Positions 1-9,247 of a stretch of DNA of 58,591 nucleotides are shown one piece after another. Every line of letters starts with the position of its first letter. Within the stretch, counting starts at the first letter, position 1. This stretch comes from a virus (taxonomy: Duplodnaviria > Caudoviricetes). The stretch is taken from positions 1 through 58,591 of the IMG/VR virus record IMGVR_UViG_3300032893_000050. One strand, given 5' to 3'. The notes under the pieces were generated by a model. The model made no database searches, was not told the DNA's origin, and saw only the letters and a list, made by a program, of their open reading frames with translations. Made by a program: the position numbers and the translations under genes.

Positions 1-252
1 CAACTCGAGCCGCAACTTCCGCCGCAACTTACGCCGCAACTTACGCCGCAACTCGAGCCGCAACTGAAGCCGCAACTGAAGCCGCAACTTCCGCCGCAAC
101 TCGAGCCGCAACTTCCGCCGCAACTTACGCCGCAACTTACGCCGCAACTCGAGCCGCAACTGAAGCCGCAACTGAAGCCGCAACTGAAGCCGCAACTGAA
201 GCCGCAACTTCCGCCGCAACTGAAGCCGCAACTTCCGCCGCAACTGAAGCCG
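1..252 (+). repeat. 12-bp tandem repeat (about 21 units) coding T-x-A-A (x = R/S/Y/E)
   Basis: Units caactcgagccg / caacttccgccg / caacttacgccg / caactgaagccg; frame 3 is open and runs into ORF 264..1043. Confidence 0.95.
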
Positions 253-1043
253 CAGATCATCTTGTGAGTTTCCTATTAGAATGTATTTCCAAATCCTGGA
301 GAATGTATTCGGGCGGTAATCAATGGTCTTCGTGGAGTTCGTTCATCACAGCTGGGCGCTACGTCTATCAATTGCCAATAGATTATTCCAAATGGGATCA
401 CTGGGAAGTTCTCAGCAAAGTGTCTGGACCGAGATATGTTCACAAGCGATTTTCTATCGTGAGTGATTTACCGATCCGGATCGGTCGAGATGAACAAAAT
501 CGACCACACTGTTCTGAAGGTCCTCAGTTAGAATGGCGGGATGGGTGGAAGACGTACTATTGGCACGGAACGAAAGTCGATTGTAGGGTTATTGAATATC
601 CCGAATCGTTCACGAGAGAAGAATTGATGGGGTCAAATAGTGAAGCGAATCGGGCGATTGCTGAACGACTCGGCTGGGAGCGCTATATAGAGAAAATTGG
701 AGCGCATAAACTCAACGACTGGCAAGATCCGAGAACACTTCTTGACTATTCACTTCTTGAATTGCCATCAGAGTTGGGTGAATTGAGACCGCGGCTGCTT
801 ATGATGAAAAGTCCACCACTCAACGACGGCACGCAGCCGAAGTTCATTGAGCCGGTTGATCCTGGTCTGAAAACCGCTCAAGCTGCGCGCAAGTGGCAGT
901 TTCGTCTATCATCTCATCAGGCGGCGCGATACTACAGGCACGGTGATATTGTGGTAACGTACGCTCCCAAAGACTCTCTCTACTGGCCATCGGTAGAGGA
1001 ATGCAACGCAAACCCAGAAATCGAATTTGTACAGGAGGCGTGA
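3..1043 (+). CDS. DUF6745-like phage protein with N-terminal xAAT repeat (5'-partial)
   Basis: Frame 3 open from window start; motifs GGNQW and HCSEGPQLEWRDGWKTYYWHG. Confidence 0.75.
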   Translation, partial: TRAATSAATYAATYAATRAATEAATEAATSAATRAATSAATYAATYAATRAATEAATEAATEAATEAATSAATEAATSAATEAADHLVSFLLECISKSWRMYSGGNQWSSWSSFITAGRYVYQLPIDYSKWDHWEVLSKVSGPRYVHKRFSIVSDLPIRIGRDEQNRPHCSEGPQLEWRDGWKTYYWHGTKVDCRVIEYPESFTREELMGSNSEANRAIAERLGWERYIEKIGAHKLNDWQDPRTLLDYSLLELPSELGELRPRLLMMKSPPLNDGTQPKFIEPVDPGLKTAQAARKWQFRLSSHQAARYYRHGDIVVTYAPKDSLYWPSVEECNANPEIEFVQEA

Positions 1044-1044
1044 T

Positions 1045-1314
1045 ATGACTGAAATCAAAAGACACAATGGTAAACTGGTTCTCGGCGACGGCGAAGTCAC
1101 GGGTCACCAACACACCATTCGAGACAAATCGGCGAGAATGTTCCGGATAAACGTCGAAGATCGCGCTTTGAACATTCCTGACGGCGCAACACTGCGCCAT
1201 GAGCGCGGCGATGTTCCGGCTGAGCACCGCGACATCATATTGCCAGTGGGCGAACCAGTCGTAACAACAAAGAGGCAATACATTCCAGAAGGGTGGACTC
1301 CGGTTCTTGATTGA
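1045..1314 (+). CDS. Small conserved partner of DUF6745 proteins
   Basis: GGAGG RBS; motifs LVLGDGEVTGHQH, EHRDIILPVG, RQYIPEGW. Confidence 0.7.
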   Translation: MTEIKRHNGKLVLGDGEVTGHQHTIRDKSARMFRINVEDRALNIPDGATLRHERGDVPAEHRDIILPVGEPVVTTKRQYIPEGWTPVLD

Positions 1315-1573
1315 GCAAATGACTATCAAGAATCGAAAGGATGTGGAGGCTTTGCAGGACAGTGTCCAAGCTGGGCAACAAAGTCGATACGACCCTATCA
1401 GGAGCAGAAACGATGGCGAGGTCTTGCAGGTCGAGCCTTCTGGTGAGTTCCTCGGTGGTGTCGCGTGCGCGTCAGGAGTCGAAAGGATGAGGAGGTTTTG
1501 TAGTACGGGGTGCCAATGAGGTAAATCAAAGGCACCGCCGAACGCCGGGAAGCAGAAGGAAAGGTGCTGCAAA

Positions 1574-2362
1574 GTGGCCCACAAGTCAACCGTAGAGATT
1601 CCGCCAGCGGACGAACTCAAGTTGCGCTGGTACTTTTCCCTGGGAATTTCAGCCTTCGAATTCTCCACGTTCGGCAGACAAATCGAACTTGCTCGACTGC
1701 ACAACGAAGGTTCATTCATATGCCACAGCTGCGGGGGTGATGGAGTCTCTGGCTCCGGTGCGTTCGCGGTAATCTGTCGCGCATGCAAGGGCCGCGGAAC
1801 GCATCGCTCAAGTCTGTCGAGCCATGCACCCTCTAGATTCGCTACAATCCGGTGCGAGAAGTGTGATGGTGTAGTCGGAAATGATGATTGCCCCGATTGT
1901 GGTGGTGATGGCTACATCGAATCATCGGGCGCTTTCGAAACTGGTGCTCAGCCATCAGAGCTTCACGAGCCGGATATCTCGGAAATCAAGCTATACGGCG
2001 AAGTTGCCCGAGTTCTACGTGTACTCAGCAAGACACATAATCAGGTTCTTGAGCGATTTTATGGTGACTGCGGAGAAAGATGGGCTAGAACAGACCGCGG
2101 TCGCATGTTCTCGCTTTACGACCTCACCAAGGCAGGCAAGATGCTGCTGGAGACGTTTGCGAAGCCAACTGAGGCCTGCCTGCCACCAATTGAGCGCATC
2201 GGTGTCGCCGCCGAACTCGAACGAACCAAGTCCGTCGAACGCCGAAGGCAGCAGCTAAGCGACGCTCTGGCCCAATCGGTCAAACTGTACGGATCGACAG
2301 CATCATCCTGGTGCGCAGCTCGGCAGCACCAGAAGGAGACCATGTATGCAAAGGCGGTCTAG
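1574..2362 (+). CDS. Putative late-gene regulator / antiterminator Q-like with CxxCxGxG zinc fingers
   Basis: CHSCGGDG, CRACKGRG, CEKC, CPDCGGDG; lies upstream of packaging genes. Confidence 0.5.
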   Translation: MAHKSTVEIPPADELKLRWYFSLGISAFEFSTFGRQIELARLHNEGSFICHSCGGDGVSGSGAFAVICRACKGRGTHRSSLSSHAPSRFATIRCEKCDGVVGNDDCPDCGGDGYIESSGAFETGAQPSELHEPDISEIKLYGEVARVLRVLSKTHNQVLERFYGDCGERWARTDRGRMFSLYDLTKAGKMLLETFAKPTEACLPPIERIGVAAELERTKSVERRRQQLSDALAQSVKLYGSTASSWCAARQHQKETMYAKAV

Positions 2363-2558
2363 GCGTAGGTTGTCCCGTGTGTACCTGAGCTCCAGAGAGC
2401 TTGCTCAATTACTCGGTTTCGAAACGACCGAGGGCGCGGTCGAATTTTTGAAACGCGAGAAATTAGGCCGAAAGCTTGGCGGACGCTGGAAGGTAACGCT
2501 TGACCAACTGCAGTCAAGCTATCCTGAAATGGCAGCAAAAGCACTTCGAAGCGTATGA
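2346..2558 (+). CDS. Helix-turn-helix protein (excisionase/HTH_17-like)
   Basis: YLSSRELAQLLG...LGRKLGGRWKV. Confidence 0.65.
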   Translation: MQRRSRRRLSRVYLSSRELAQLLGFETTEGAVEFLKREKLGRKLGGRWKVTLDQLQSSYPEMAAKALRSV

Positions 2559-2917
2559 ATCCCAACGAAACCCAACAAGACACCCAAAACCGCATCGCGC
2601 ACGTGGGCGCGTACTTTTAGGATTACCGAACAAGCCGCAGCACGCGGCAGCGTCCAGGCCAAGTGACCGGCAGGCGGAACATCCCATCAAGCGCATGAAG
2701 CAGGAGCCAGCAGCCAAGCCCCGCCGACTCATCATCGACGTGCCGCCATCCTGGCTCAAACATGTCCGTGACAGCGCCCTCAAAGCGTCAGTGGCCCAGC
2801 GGGTCATCGAAAAGCAGATGCGGCGCCTAGAATCCGAACGAAATCAGGCGAGCGGAACACCACAGCGGCACGATTGAGCCGCATAGTGCTCGCCGGAACA
2901 ACGCACCAGGTCGCCGC

Positions 2918-3613
2918 ATGAACGACATGGCACAAGGCTGGTCCCCGGCCCTCACGGCCCTGCACGAGGACATGGCAGCGGGGCAGCACCCCATGGATGT
3001 CGCGGCACGCCGGGATGCACTGGCTCAGCTGCACCGGTACTTCAGCGCTGACCAAGCGCTTACCATCCTGGAGGTCGGTTGTGGCTCCGGATACCTGCTG
3101 GACGAAATCGCCGCAGCGTTTCCCAGCGCTGGCATCTTCGGCGAAGACGTTCACCCCACGGACTCAACGATTGCCGGGTGGAGCCTGCTCGACTGCCCGC
3201 TACCCACCGGATTGTGTGACGCCGTCCTAGCCCTCAGCGTCCTAGAGCACATCCAGGACGACACCCTGGCCCTGCAGCAGCTCTATCGCATCCTGAGACC
3301 CGGCGGCATCGCCATCATCCAGGTCCCGGCAGGGCAGCACCTGTACGACGGCTACGACGCAGCCCTGGGTCACTACAGGCGCTACGCTGATGGGGTCCTG
3401 GCTCAGCAGATGCTCAACGTCGGGTTCGAGATCACACGCGAAACGCATCTCGGCGCGGTGGCATACCCGGCATTCTGGGCAGCAAAGACCTGGAATCAGC
3501 TCACGCACGCCAAGCCGAGTCCGGAACTGGTCCGCGAAAACGCGACCAGCTCTTCCAACGGAATGCTCATGCGCGCTGCGCTCAAACTCGAACAGGCGCC
3601 GGCAAGTGGCTGA
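2918..3613 (+). CDS. Class I SAM-dependent methyltransferase
   Basis: ILEVGCGSG motif I, VLEHIQDD, ILRPGG, GHYRRY. Confidence 0.9.
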   Translation: MNDMAQGWSPALTALHEDMAAGQHPMDVAARRDALAQLHRYFSADQALTILEVGCGSGYLLDEIAAAFPSAGIFGEDVHPTDSTIAGWSLLDCPLPTGLCDAVLALSVLEHIQDDTLALQQLYRILRPGGIAIIQVPAGQHLYDGYDAALGHYRRYADGVLAQQMLNVGFEITRETHLGAVAYPAFWAAKTWNQLTHAKPSPELVRENATSSSNGMLMRAALKLEQAPASG

Positions 3614-3632
3614 ATTACCCGGTTGGCATTAG

Positions 3633-3902
3633 GTGTCTAGTCACGGGAGTCAAGACGAAGTGAATTCGGTGCTGGTGCTTCATAAATGCGGTCGATGTGG
3701 GCAAGCGGCTATTCCGTTCGACTTGGAACTCCGAGGCGAACAAGTCGCGAGCGGATGGTCATGCAAAGAGTGCTTGCAAAAGACGCAGAATGAGCTCGAA
3801 AGCGTCAAACCAGTCTTTGAAGCGATGCTAAGTTGTGGGGTTACTCGGGACGTCGCAAACGACGTCATGACGTATTTGCTCGAAAGGCATAACCCGACTT
3901 GA
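3633..3902 (+). CDS. Hypothetical zinc-finger protein
   Basis: CGRC...CKEC. Confidence 0.5.
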   Translation: MSSHGSQDEVNSVLVLHKCGRCGQAAIPFDLELRGEQVASGWSCKECLQKTQNELESVKPVFEAMLSCGVTRDVANDVMTYLLERHNPT

Positions 3903-4087
3903 ACTACAAACGCGGCAAGCCGAAGTCAAAGCGCGCTGGCTGCCTCTGGTGCAAGCCTCACAAGGCCGAGAACGTCCGCAAGATTCCTCGAAGCAAGCGG
4001 GCTCAGTCGATACTATCCGAGCGCATCGGCATCGTGTACATCAACGGCAGGCAAGTGGCCGAAATCGAAAGCATGCGTGCGAGATGA
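3899..4087 (+). CDS. Small basic hypothetical protein
   Basis: KRGKPKSKRAGCLWCKPHK; start overlaps upstream stop. Confidence 0.45.
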   Translation: MNYKRGKPKSKRAGCLWCKPHKAENVRKIPRSKRAQSILSERIGIVYINGRQVAEIESMRAR

Positions 4088-4289
4088 CCACCGACCCCCG
4101 CGAACGCCGCAGCCCCGAGCCCATCCAGCCGAGGCACATCGAAATCGCTAGGCTGTGCGGTGACTGGTGCGGTGGGACCAGGGGGACTGAATCCTACATG
4201 AGGCGGAAAGTTGAGCCGGCGAATGGCAGCGCCTCAACCCCGCCAACAGGTATGCATCAAAGTACCAGCGCCCGAGTGGCCTAACGGAA

Positions 4290-4988
4290 ATGTCTCGTAA
4301 TTCGACAGCAGAAAAGGCAGAACTGACGCCCGGCGCACTAATGCCTGACAGAAACCATGCGCGCGAGCCGGCGGCCGAATGGGTGCACATTGACGAGCTG
4401 GTCCCGTGGGAAAAGAACCCCAGGAAGAACGACGAGGCGGCCCCGAAGCTTGCAAAGCTCATAGTCAAGCTTGGGTTTGGGTCGGCCATGCTGGCCTGGA
4501 TAGACCCGGCAACGGGCGCCAAGCAGATTTTGGGTGGTCACACTCGCAAGAAGGCGGTCAAGATACTGCAGCGGAAGTTGCCGATGTGCAGCGCCACGCA
4601 GCGCGCCAAGTGGCATCCTGACGCAATCAGGACCGCCGAGACTGGCATGCTTCCGGTGCGAGTCCGGACAGACTTGACGCCTTCACAGGCTCACCAGCTG
4701 GCAATCTCTGACAACAAGGCCAACGAATGGGCCGATTGGGACGATGAGCTACTGCCAGACGTTCTGTCCGAGTTCAGTCTCGACGACGTCGAGGACATGG
4801 GCTTTGATCCAGACAAGCTCGACAGAATGGCCGACGATCTGTATGGGCTTGGGGAACTCAATAAGCCGTCGATCGATGTCACTGGTGGCGACAGATTTGA
4901 GCTTCGGATATCGGGACCGCTCGACGCTCAACTCGAAGTGATGCGGCTGTTGGGTAAGATTCCAGGCGTTGAAATCTCTGAGTCATGA
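4290..4988 (+). CDS. ParB/Srx N-terminal domain protein
   Basis: IDELVPWEKNPRKN, ILGGHTR, LAISDNK..EWADWD. Confidence 0.85.
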   Translation: MSRNSTAEKAELTPGALMPDRNHAREPAAEWVHIDELVPWEKNPRKNDEAAPKLAKLIVKLGFGSAMLAWIDPATGAKQILGGHTRKKAVKILQRKLPMCSATQRAKWHPDAIRTAETGMLPVRVRTDLTPSQAHQLAISDNKANEWADWDDELLPDVLSEFSLDDVEDMGFDPDKLDRMADDLYGLGELNKPSIDVTGGDRFELRISGPLDAQLEVMRLLGKIPGVEISES

Positions 4989-5596
4989 AATCTTCGCCGC
5001 TTGCGACGCTGAAAAATAACACTCAGCGGTTCAACGCAAAGCATGCGGTCGACGCGAAGACCACCCTTCGACTAAAAGCCGCCGCATGGTGTCAGCCTCT
5101 CAATGTTTTCGAGGGATTCTATGGGTCCGGTGAAATGCGCAAACGCGCATGGTCCAATGCTGATTATTGGGTTGGATGTGATACCGAACCATGGAAAGCG
5201 GGACAAGAACCGCGATTAGTTGGAGACAACAGAATCGCCCTCCGTTCGTTGGACTTGGGACGGTTCAACGTTTTCGATCTAGACGCCTTTGGTTCTCCCT
5301 GGGATCAGCTGCTCATAATTTCTGAGCGACGCCAATGGGATATGGGAGAACACGGATCGATCGTCATAACAGACGGCACATCCATGAATTTGAGACTAGG
5401 TTCGGTTCCAAAGTCACTAGCGCAATTGGTTGGCGTATCATCGCGCAGGTCCTCGGGGAATGGCCTAGAGCTTCAAAGCCAAGGACTGCTAGCATGGTGC
5501 GAAGTTTCTCACGTTAGACCCGTGGACATATTTAGCGCCAGGGGTGACACATGCGCAGTGATGAAATACTCATGCGTGAATTTCGAGGGTCTTTAG
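4985..5596 (+). CDS. Methyltransferase-fold protein (possible DUF5131 partner)
   Basis: VFEGFYGSG motif I-like, FDLDAFGSPW, VITDG; ATGA overlap with ParB gene. Confidence 0.6.
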   Translation: MKSSPLATLKNNTQRFNAKHAVDAKTTLRLKAAAWCQPLNVFEGFYGSGEMRKRAWSNADYWVGCDTEPWKAGQEPRLVGDNRIALRSLDLGRFNVFDLDAFGSPWDQLLIISERRQWDMGEHGSIVITDGTSMNLRLGSVPKSLAQLVGVSSRRSSGNGLELQSQGLLAWCEVSHVRPVDIFSARGDTCAVMKYSCVNFEGL

Positions 5597-6412
5597 GCGA
5601 CCAACCCCATCAAGCTTCTTGTGCACGTAGGTAGCCGGCATTGCTCCGGGCTTCGTGGGCATCTCGTCCCAGGTTCGACCGTCGAGCAATCGACCCGCTG
5701 ACGTGGGTCGGGATCCACCGTGTTGCTTGAAAAATAGCGGCACTCCGAACTTGATGCACTGGTCGCGCAGTCCGCGAATCCAGTCAGTGTGTTCAGGGTT
5801 CGGTTCCCATTTGCCTTTGCGGTTCTTGCGAGCCAGCCCGCGGACATCGGCTATGGTTGGGTCCATCATGTGAGAGCCTGACTCTCCACCGATGATCAGC
5901 CAGTCGATTCCGATGAGGTCGAGGTCAAGCGGTCCGAGCAATGGTTCCGCTGAGACGAACTTGACTCCGGCATTGATGGCCTTGAGCGTGTCGAGCCGGT
6001 GTGCTGTGAGTTGGTGTTCAATCGTGACACCGAGCCAGACGCAATCCGGAACCGCTCGAGTCGCAAAATATCGAGCGGCCAATTCGGGGCGCTTGGTCAG
6101 CAACTGATAGCGGTGCCGAGGTGTCGAGCGAATTGCGTCAAACATTTGGTCTCGATACGAGTCCGGGATCTGTTTGTGAAACCAGTCACTGGTCGAATTG
6201 CAGAAGATGAGACTCGGATTCTTGATTCGCGAGGGTTCGTCCAGCTTCCAAGGCCGCATTGTGATGTCGAATCCGTTAGGGAATGCCGTCGTGCCGCGCT
6301 TGTCCTCGGTGAGGCGCTCTGCATAGCAGTGCTTGCACCCAGCGCTCACTTTTGAGCAGCCACTTACGGCTCCCCACGTTAGCTCGGTCCAGAGAATTTC
6401 AGTCTCTTGCAT
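5570..6412 (-). CDS. DUF5131 / Gp37-Gp68 family protein (radical-SAM-like)
   Basis: GCSKVSAGCKHCYAE, NSTSDWFH, LLTKRP, SAEPLLG, GGESG, FFKQHGG, LDGRTWDEMP. Confidence 0.92.
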   Translation of the reverse strand: MQETEILWTELTWGAVSGCSKVSAGCKHCYAERLTEDKRGTTAFPNGFDITMRPWKLDEPSRIKNPSLIFCNSTSDWFHKQIPDSYRDQMFDAIRSTPRHRYQLLTKRPELAARYFATRAVPDCVWLGVTIEHQLTAHRLDTLKAINAGVKFVSAEPLLGPLDLDLIGIDWLIIGGESGSHMMDPTIADVRGLARKNRKGKWEPNPEHTDWIRGLRDQCIKFGVPLFFKQHGGSRPTSAGRLLDGRTWDEMPTKPGAMPATYVHKKLDGVGRLKTLEIHA

Positions 6413-6427
6413 TTTTACAAGCCCTTT

Positions 6428-6910
6428 CTAAATCATCGACACCAGCTGAGCCGTCACGCTGGCAACACCATCTAAGTCCGGAAACTCGCGAAATGCTCCG
6501 AGTCCCCCGATTTTGTTGCGAGTGTTCGGTTCGAATTTCGACTTGTCCCACACTGTCCTGTCTGCGAGCATAGGGCGTGTCGATTTGATATCGGAAATTG
6601 GCGCGTTATCGACCAACTGAGGATTCACCGGACCATACAGCTCTAATCGCGTTGCCCAATCCTCATTGCGGCAGCCGCCGGGCGCCGGGCTCGAAACGAG
6701 GCAATGGACACGGAGCAACACAGGCTCCTCCGGCTGTGCGTGTTCTAGTTCGTAGTTCGATTCGGCGATGAGCACGCCGCCGATGCGTTTGGTCAACGGT
6801 ATGATTCGTGCGCCACTGAGGTTGTATTCGCGAGTTTCGCCACACGGGACCTGTTTTGTGATGCGTAGATTGGTCATTTCGAGTCGCTTTCTATCGGTCT
6901 TGACCGACAC
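6428..6910 (-). CDS. Hypothetical protein
   Basis: Open frame directly upstream of the DUF5131 gene on the same strand. Confidence 0.55.
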   Translation of the reverse strand: MSVKTDRKRLEMTNLRITKQVPCGETREYNLSGARIIPLTKRIGGVLIAESNYELEHAQPEEPVLLRVHCLVSSPAPGGCRNEDWATRLELYGPVNPQLVDNAPISDIKSTRPMLADRTVWDKSKFEPNTRNKIGGLGAFREFPDLDGVASVTAQLVSMI

Positions 6911-6914
6911 ATAG

Positions 6915-6943
6915 ATAATGATGCTAAGTAAGCGACTTTGCTA
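6915..6943 (-). promoter_or_regulatory. Possible sigma70-type promoter
   Basis: TAGCAA-17 nt-CATTAT in an AT-rich divergent gap. Confidence 0.3.
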
Positions 6944-7035
6944 GTCTTTTTTGCGGCACTGCTAAAACCATAGGAAGACAACCTTTTCACCAAAAGCCAC
7001 GACCTTTCTTAGTCCAGGCCCGCGGATAAATCGAC

Positions 7036-7521
7036 ATGGCAGGCAAGACCCGAGGCCCGAAATTCAAGCTGGACCGAGCCCTTGAGGCGCGTCTAATCCA
7101 GCTGCTCGAAGCGGGCGTCCCAAGTTCAGTCGCCTATCCGGGGGCTGGAATCAGTCGCGAGACGGCCAGCGACTATCGGCGGCGTGCTCGATTGGGCGAG
7201 CCACGCTTCGTTGAGTTTGACGAGAAGATTCGGGCCGCCATCGCCAAAGGCCGTGTCGGTCTGCTCCTGCAGGTCCGCAAGCATGGCAATAAGGACTTCC
7301 GGGCTCCGGCGTGGATTCTGAACAACGCCCACTCGGAAGAGTTCGGCCCCAAGTCTAAGGTCGAAATCTCGCTCGAGCAGGAAGCGCAGAAGCTCCTAGG
7401 CGTAGCCAAGAAGGCGTTGCCACCCAGTGAATACGCAAAGCTACTCCAAGCCTACATCGCAAGCCAGCAGGGTAATGCTGGAGATGGCCCAGCGGGAACT
7501 GGCGAGCCTGACGGCGAGTGA
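7036..7521 (+). CDS. terS: Terminase small subunit
   Basis: HTH (AGISRETASDY), DFRAPAWIL; overlaps the terL start. Confidence 0.75.
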   Translation: MAGKTRGPKFKLDRALEARLIQLLEAGVPSSVAYPGAGISRETASDYRRRARLGEPRFVEFDEKIRAAIAKGRVGLLLQVRKHGNKDFRAPAWILNNAHSEEFGPKSKVEISLEQEAQKLLGVAKKALPPSEYAKLLQAYIASQQGNAGDGPAGTGEPDGE

Positions 7522-8947
7522 GACGATAGTTGACCCGCTAGAGTTCATCCGAGACAAGCTAGGCGACAGGCTCTGGTCGCGACAGATTGAGCTAGTCCAG
7601 TCAACCTGGGCGAACACGATCACAGGGTGCATCTCGGGGCAGAAGACCGGCAAGACCCGGTGCGCCGCCGACATCGCAATCACGTGGTGCAAGAGTCACG
7701 CGGAAGGAATCGTCCGGCTAGCGTCGGCATCAGAAGACCAGCTCATTGACGGTCTATGGGGTGAGATTCGCCGGCTCCTGCTGGCGCACCCTGAGCTAGG
7801 TCCCGCTCCTGCGCTTGCGCCGTCTACGGGCTGGCGACTGAGCGAGCAGCAAAAAATCATCGGCGTCACCGCCAAGGAAGCAAACCGCATTGCGGGTCGT
7901 TCTGGTCCCGAGCAGCTCTGGATCGTCGATGAGGCATGCGGGATCGACTACTCGCTCTGGGAGGTCATCCTAGGCAACCTCATGGGTGGCGGCCACCTCG
8001 TATGGCTGACCAACCCTGTTAGCATTGGCGGAAAAGTCTACGACTGGGACACCAAGCCCGATAGCGCCGCAAACGTCATCCGAATTGACGCCCGCGAGGG
8101 GCCGAACTTCGAGTTTCTCCCCGATGGCAAACCAAATCCAAACTGGACAGGCGAGATAGTACCAGGCCTGACGACGCCAGAAGGCGTACAGACCATCGTC
8201 CAGGATTACGGCGAGGACTCGGCCGAGCATGACGTGCGCGTCAAAGGCCGCTTCCCGCGCCAGGGATCGAATGTGGTCATTCCGCTTGGGCTTGCCGAAG
8301 ACGCCATCAAACGCTGGGACAGCACGCCTGACGAAGGCCCCCTTACCCTGGGCGTTGACGTGGCCCGGTTTGGCGATGATGACTCAAGCATTGCGCCGCG
8401 CCGAGGTCTACGGGTTGGACGCCCGCGACCGTTTCACGGTCTCGATAACGTCGCGCTGGCGACCAAGGTAGTCGAGGTCGCAACCGAACTTCGCATTGGT
8501 GATGAGCGCGTCTCGCTGGTGGTTGAGGTAAACGGAACCGGCTCAGGTGTAGTCGATACACTCAACAGCTGGATTGCCGACAAAGAGCGGAAGCTCGAGT
8601 GGCTCACCCTGCTGGCCTTCGATGCCGGTTCATCTGCCGAGGATGACGACGCCTACGTCAATGTCCGGTCTGAGCTCTGGTTCGCTGGGCAAGAATTTCT
8701 CAAGGAAGGCGGCGCAATCCCTCCGGACCAGCGCCTCAAGGGCGAACTGATTGCGCCCATCTACAGCTTCGACACGAAGATGCGTCGCAAGGTCGAATCA
8801 AAGGACGACATCAAAAAGAAGACCAAGCGGTCACCTGATATCGCCGATTCGGTGTTGATGTCGCTGGTTCAAGTCGATGAACCCGTTGATATCCCATACA
8901 ACCCAGCCAAGGCAGTCAAGCGCTACGAGTCAGTCCTAGGCATGTGA
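7475..8947 (+). CDS. terL: Terminase large subunit (start uncertain; ORF open from 7427)
   Basis: Walker A SGQKTGKT, Walker B WIVDEA, LTNP, nuclease LGVDVARFGDD and RSPDIAD. Confidence 0.95.
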   Translation: MLEMAQRELASLTASETIVDPLEFIRDKLGDRLWSRQIELVQSTWANTITGCISGQKTGKTRCAADIAITWCKSHAEGIVRLASASEDQLIDGLWGEIRRLLLAHPELGPAPALAPSTGWRLSEQQKIIGVTAKEANRIAGRSGPEQLWIVDEACGIDYSLWEVILGNLMGGGHLVWLTNPVSIGGKVYDWDTKPDSAANVIRIDAREGPNFEFLPDGKPNPNWTGEIVPGLTTPEGVQTIVQDYGEDSAEHDVRVKGRFPRQGSNVVIPLGLAEDAIKRWDSTPDEGPLTLGVDVARFGDDDSSIAPRRGLRVGRPRPFHGLDNVALATKVVEVATELRIGDERVSLVVEVNGTGSGVVDTLNSWIADKERKLEWLTLLAFDAGSSAEDDDAYVNVRSELWFAGQEFLKEGGAIPPDQRLKGELIAPIYSFDTKMRRKVESKDDIKKKTKRSPDIADSVLMSLVQVDEPVDIPYNPAKAVKRYESVLGM

Positions 8948-8951
8948 GCCG

Positions 8952-9224
8952 ATGCCATACTTCAAGCCAACCCCGTCCGCGCAACAGGTCCAAGCTGAGG
9001 CGGAACGACTGAAGCTTGAGTCGATGCGAGACAGGCTGCGGACGCGTCGCTACGCCGGCATCCTAAGCGAGACACAACTCCGCAGCATGCCAGACGCCGA
9101 TGGCGAGAAAGAGCTGATGGCCATGTTCGGTGCGTGCGGCTACCAAGGCAAGACCGTTGCGTCACCGACGCGCGAGACTACCGACGCCATGTCCGCTGAA
9201 CTGAAGAAGATTCGTGGATTCTAA
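8952..9224 (+). CDS. Hypothetical protein between terL and portal
   Basis: Tightly packed ORF. Confidence 0.55.
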   Translation: MPYFKPTPSAQQVQAEAERLKLESMRDRLRTRRYAGILSETQLRSMPDADGEKELMAMFGACGYQGKTVASPTRETTDAMSAELKKIRGF

Positions 9225-9247
9225 AAGCTCCAACCAAAGACTGACTC

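Noticed and set aside
1-252. CRISPR array or Q-L-x-P reading of the left repeat
   Set aside because: No unique spacers; frame 1 stops just after the repeat, while frame 3 continues into the gene
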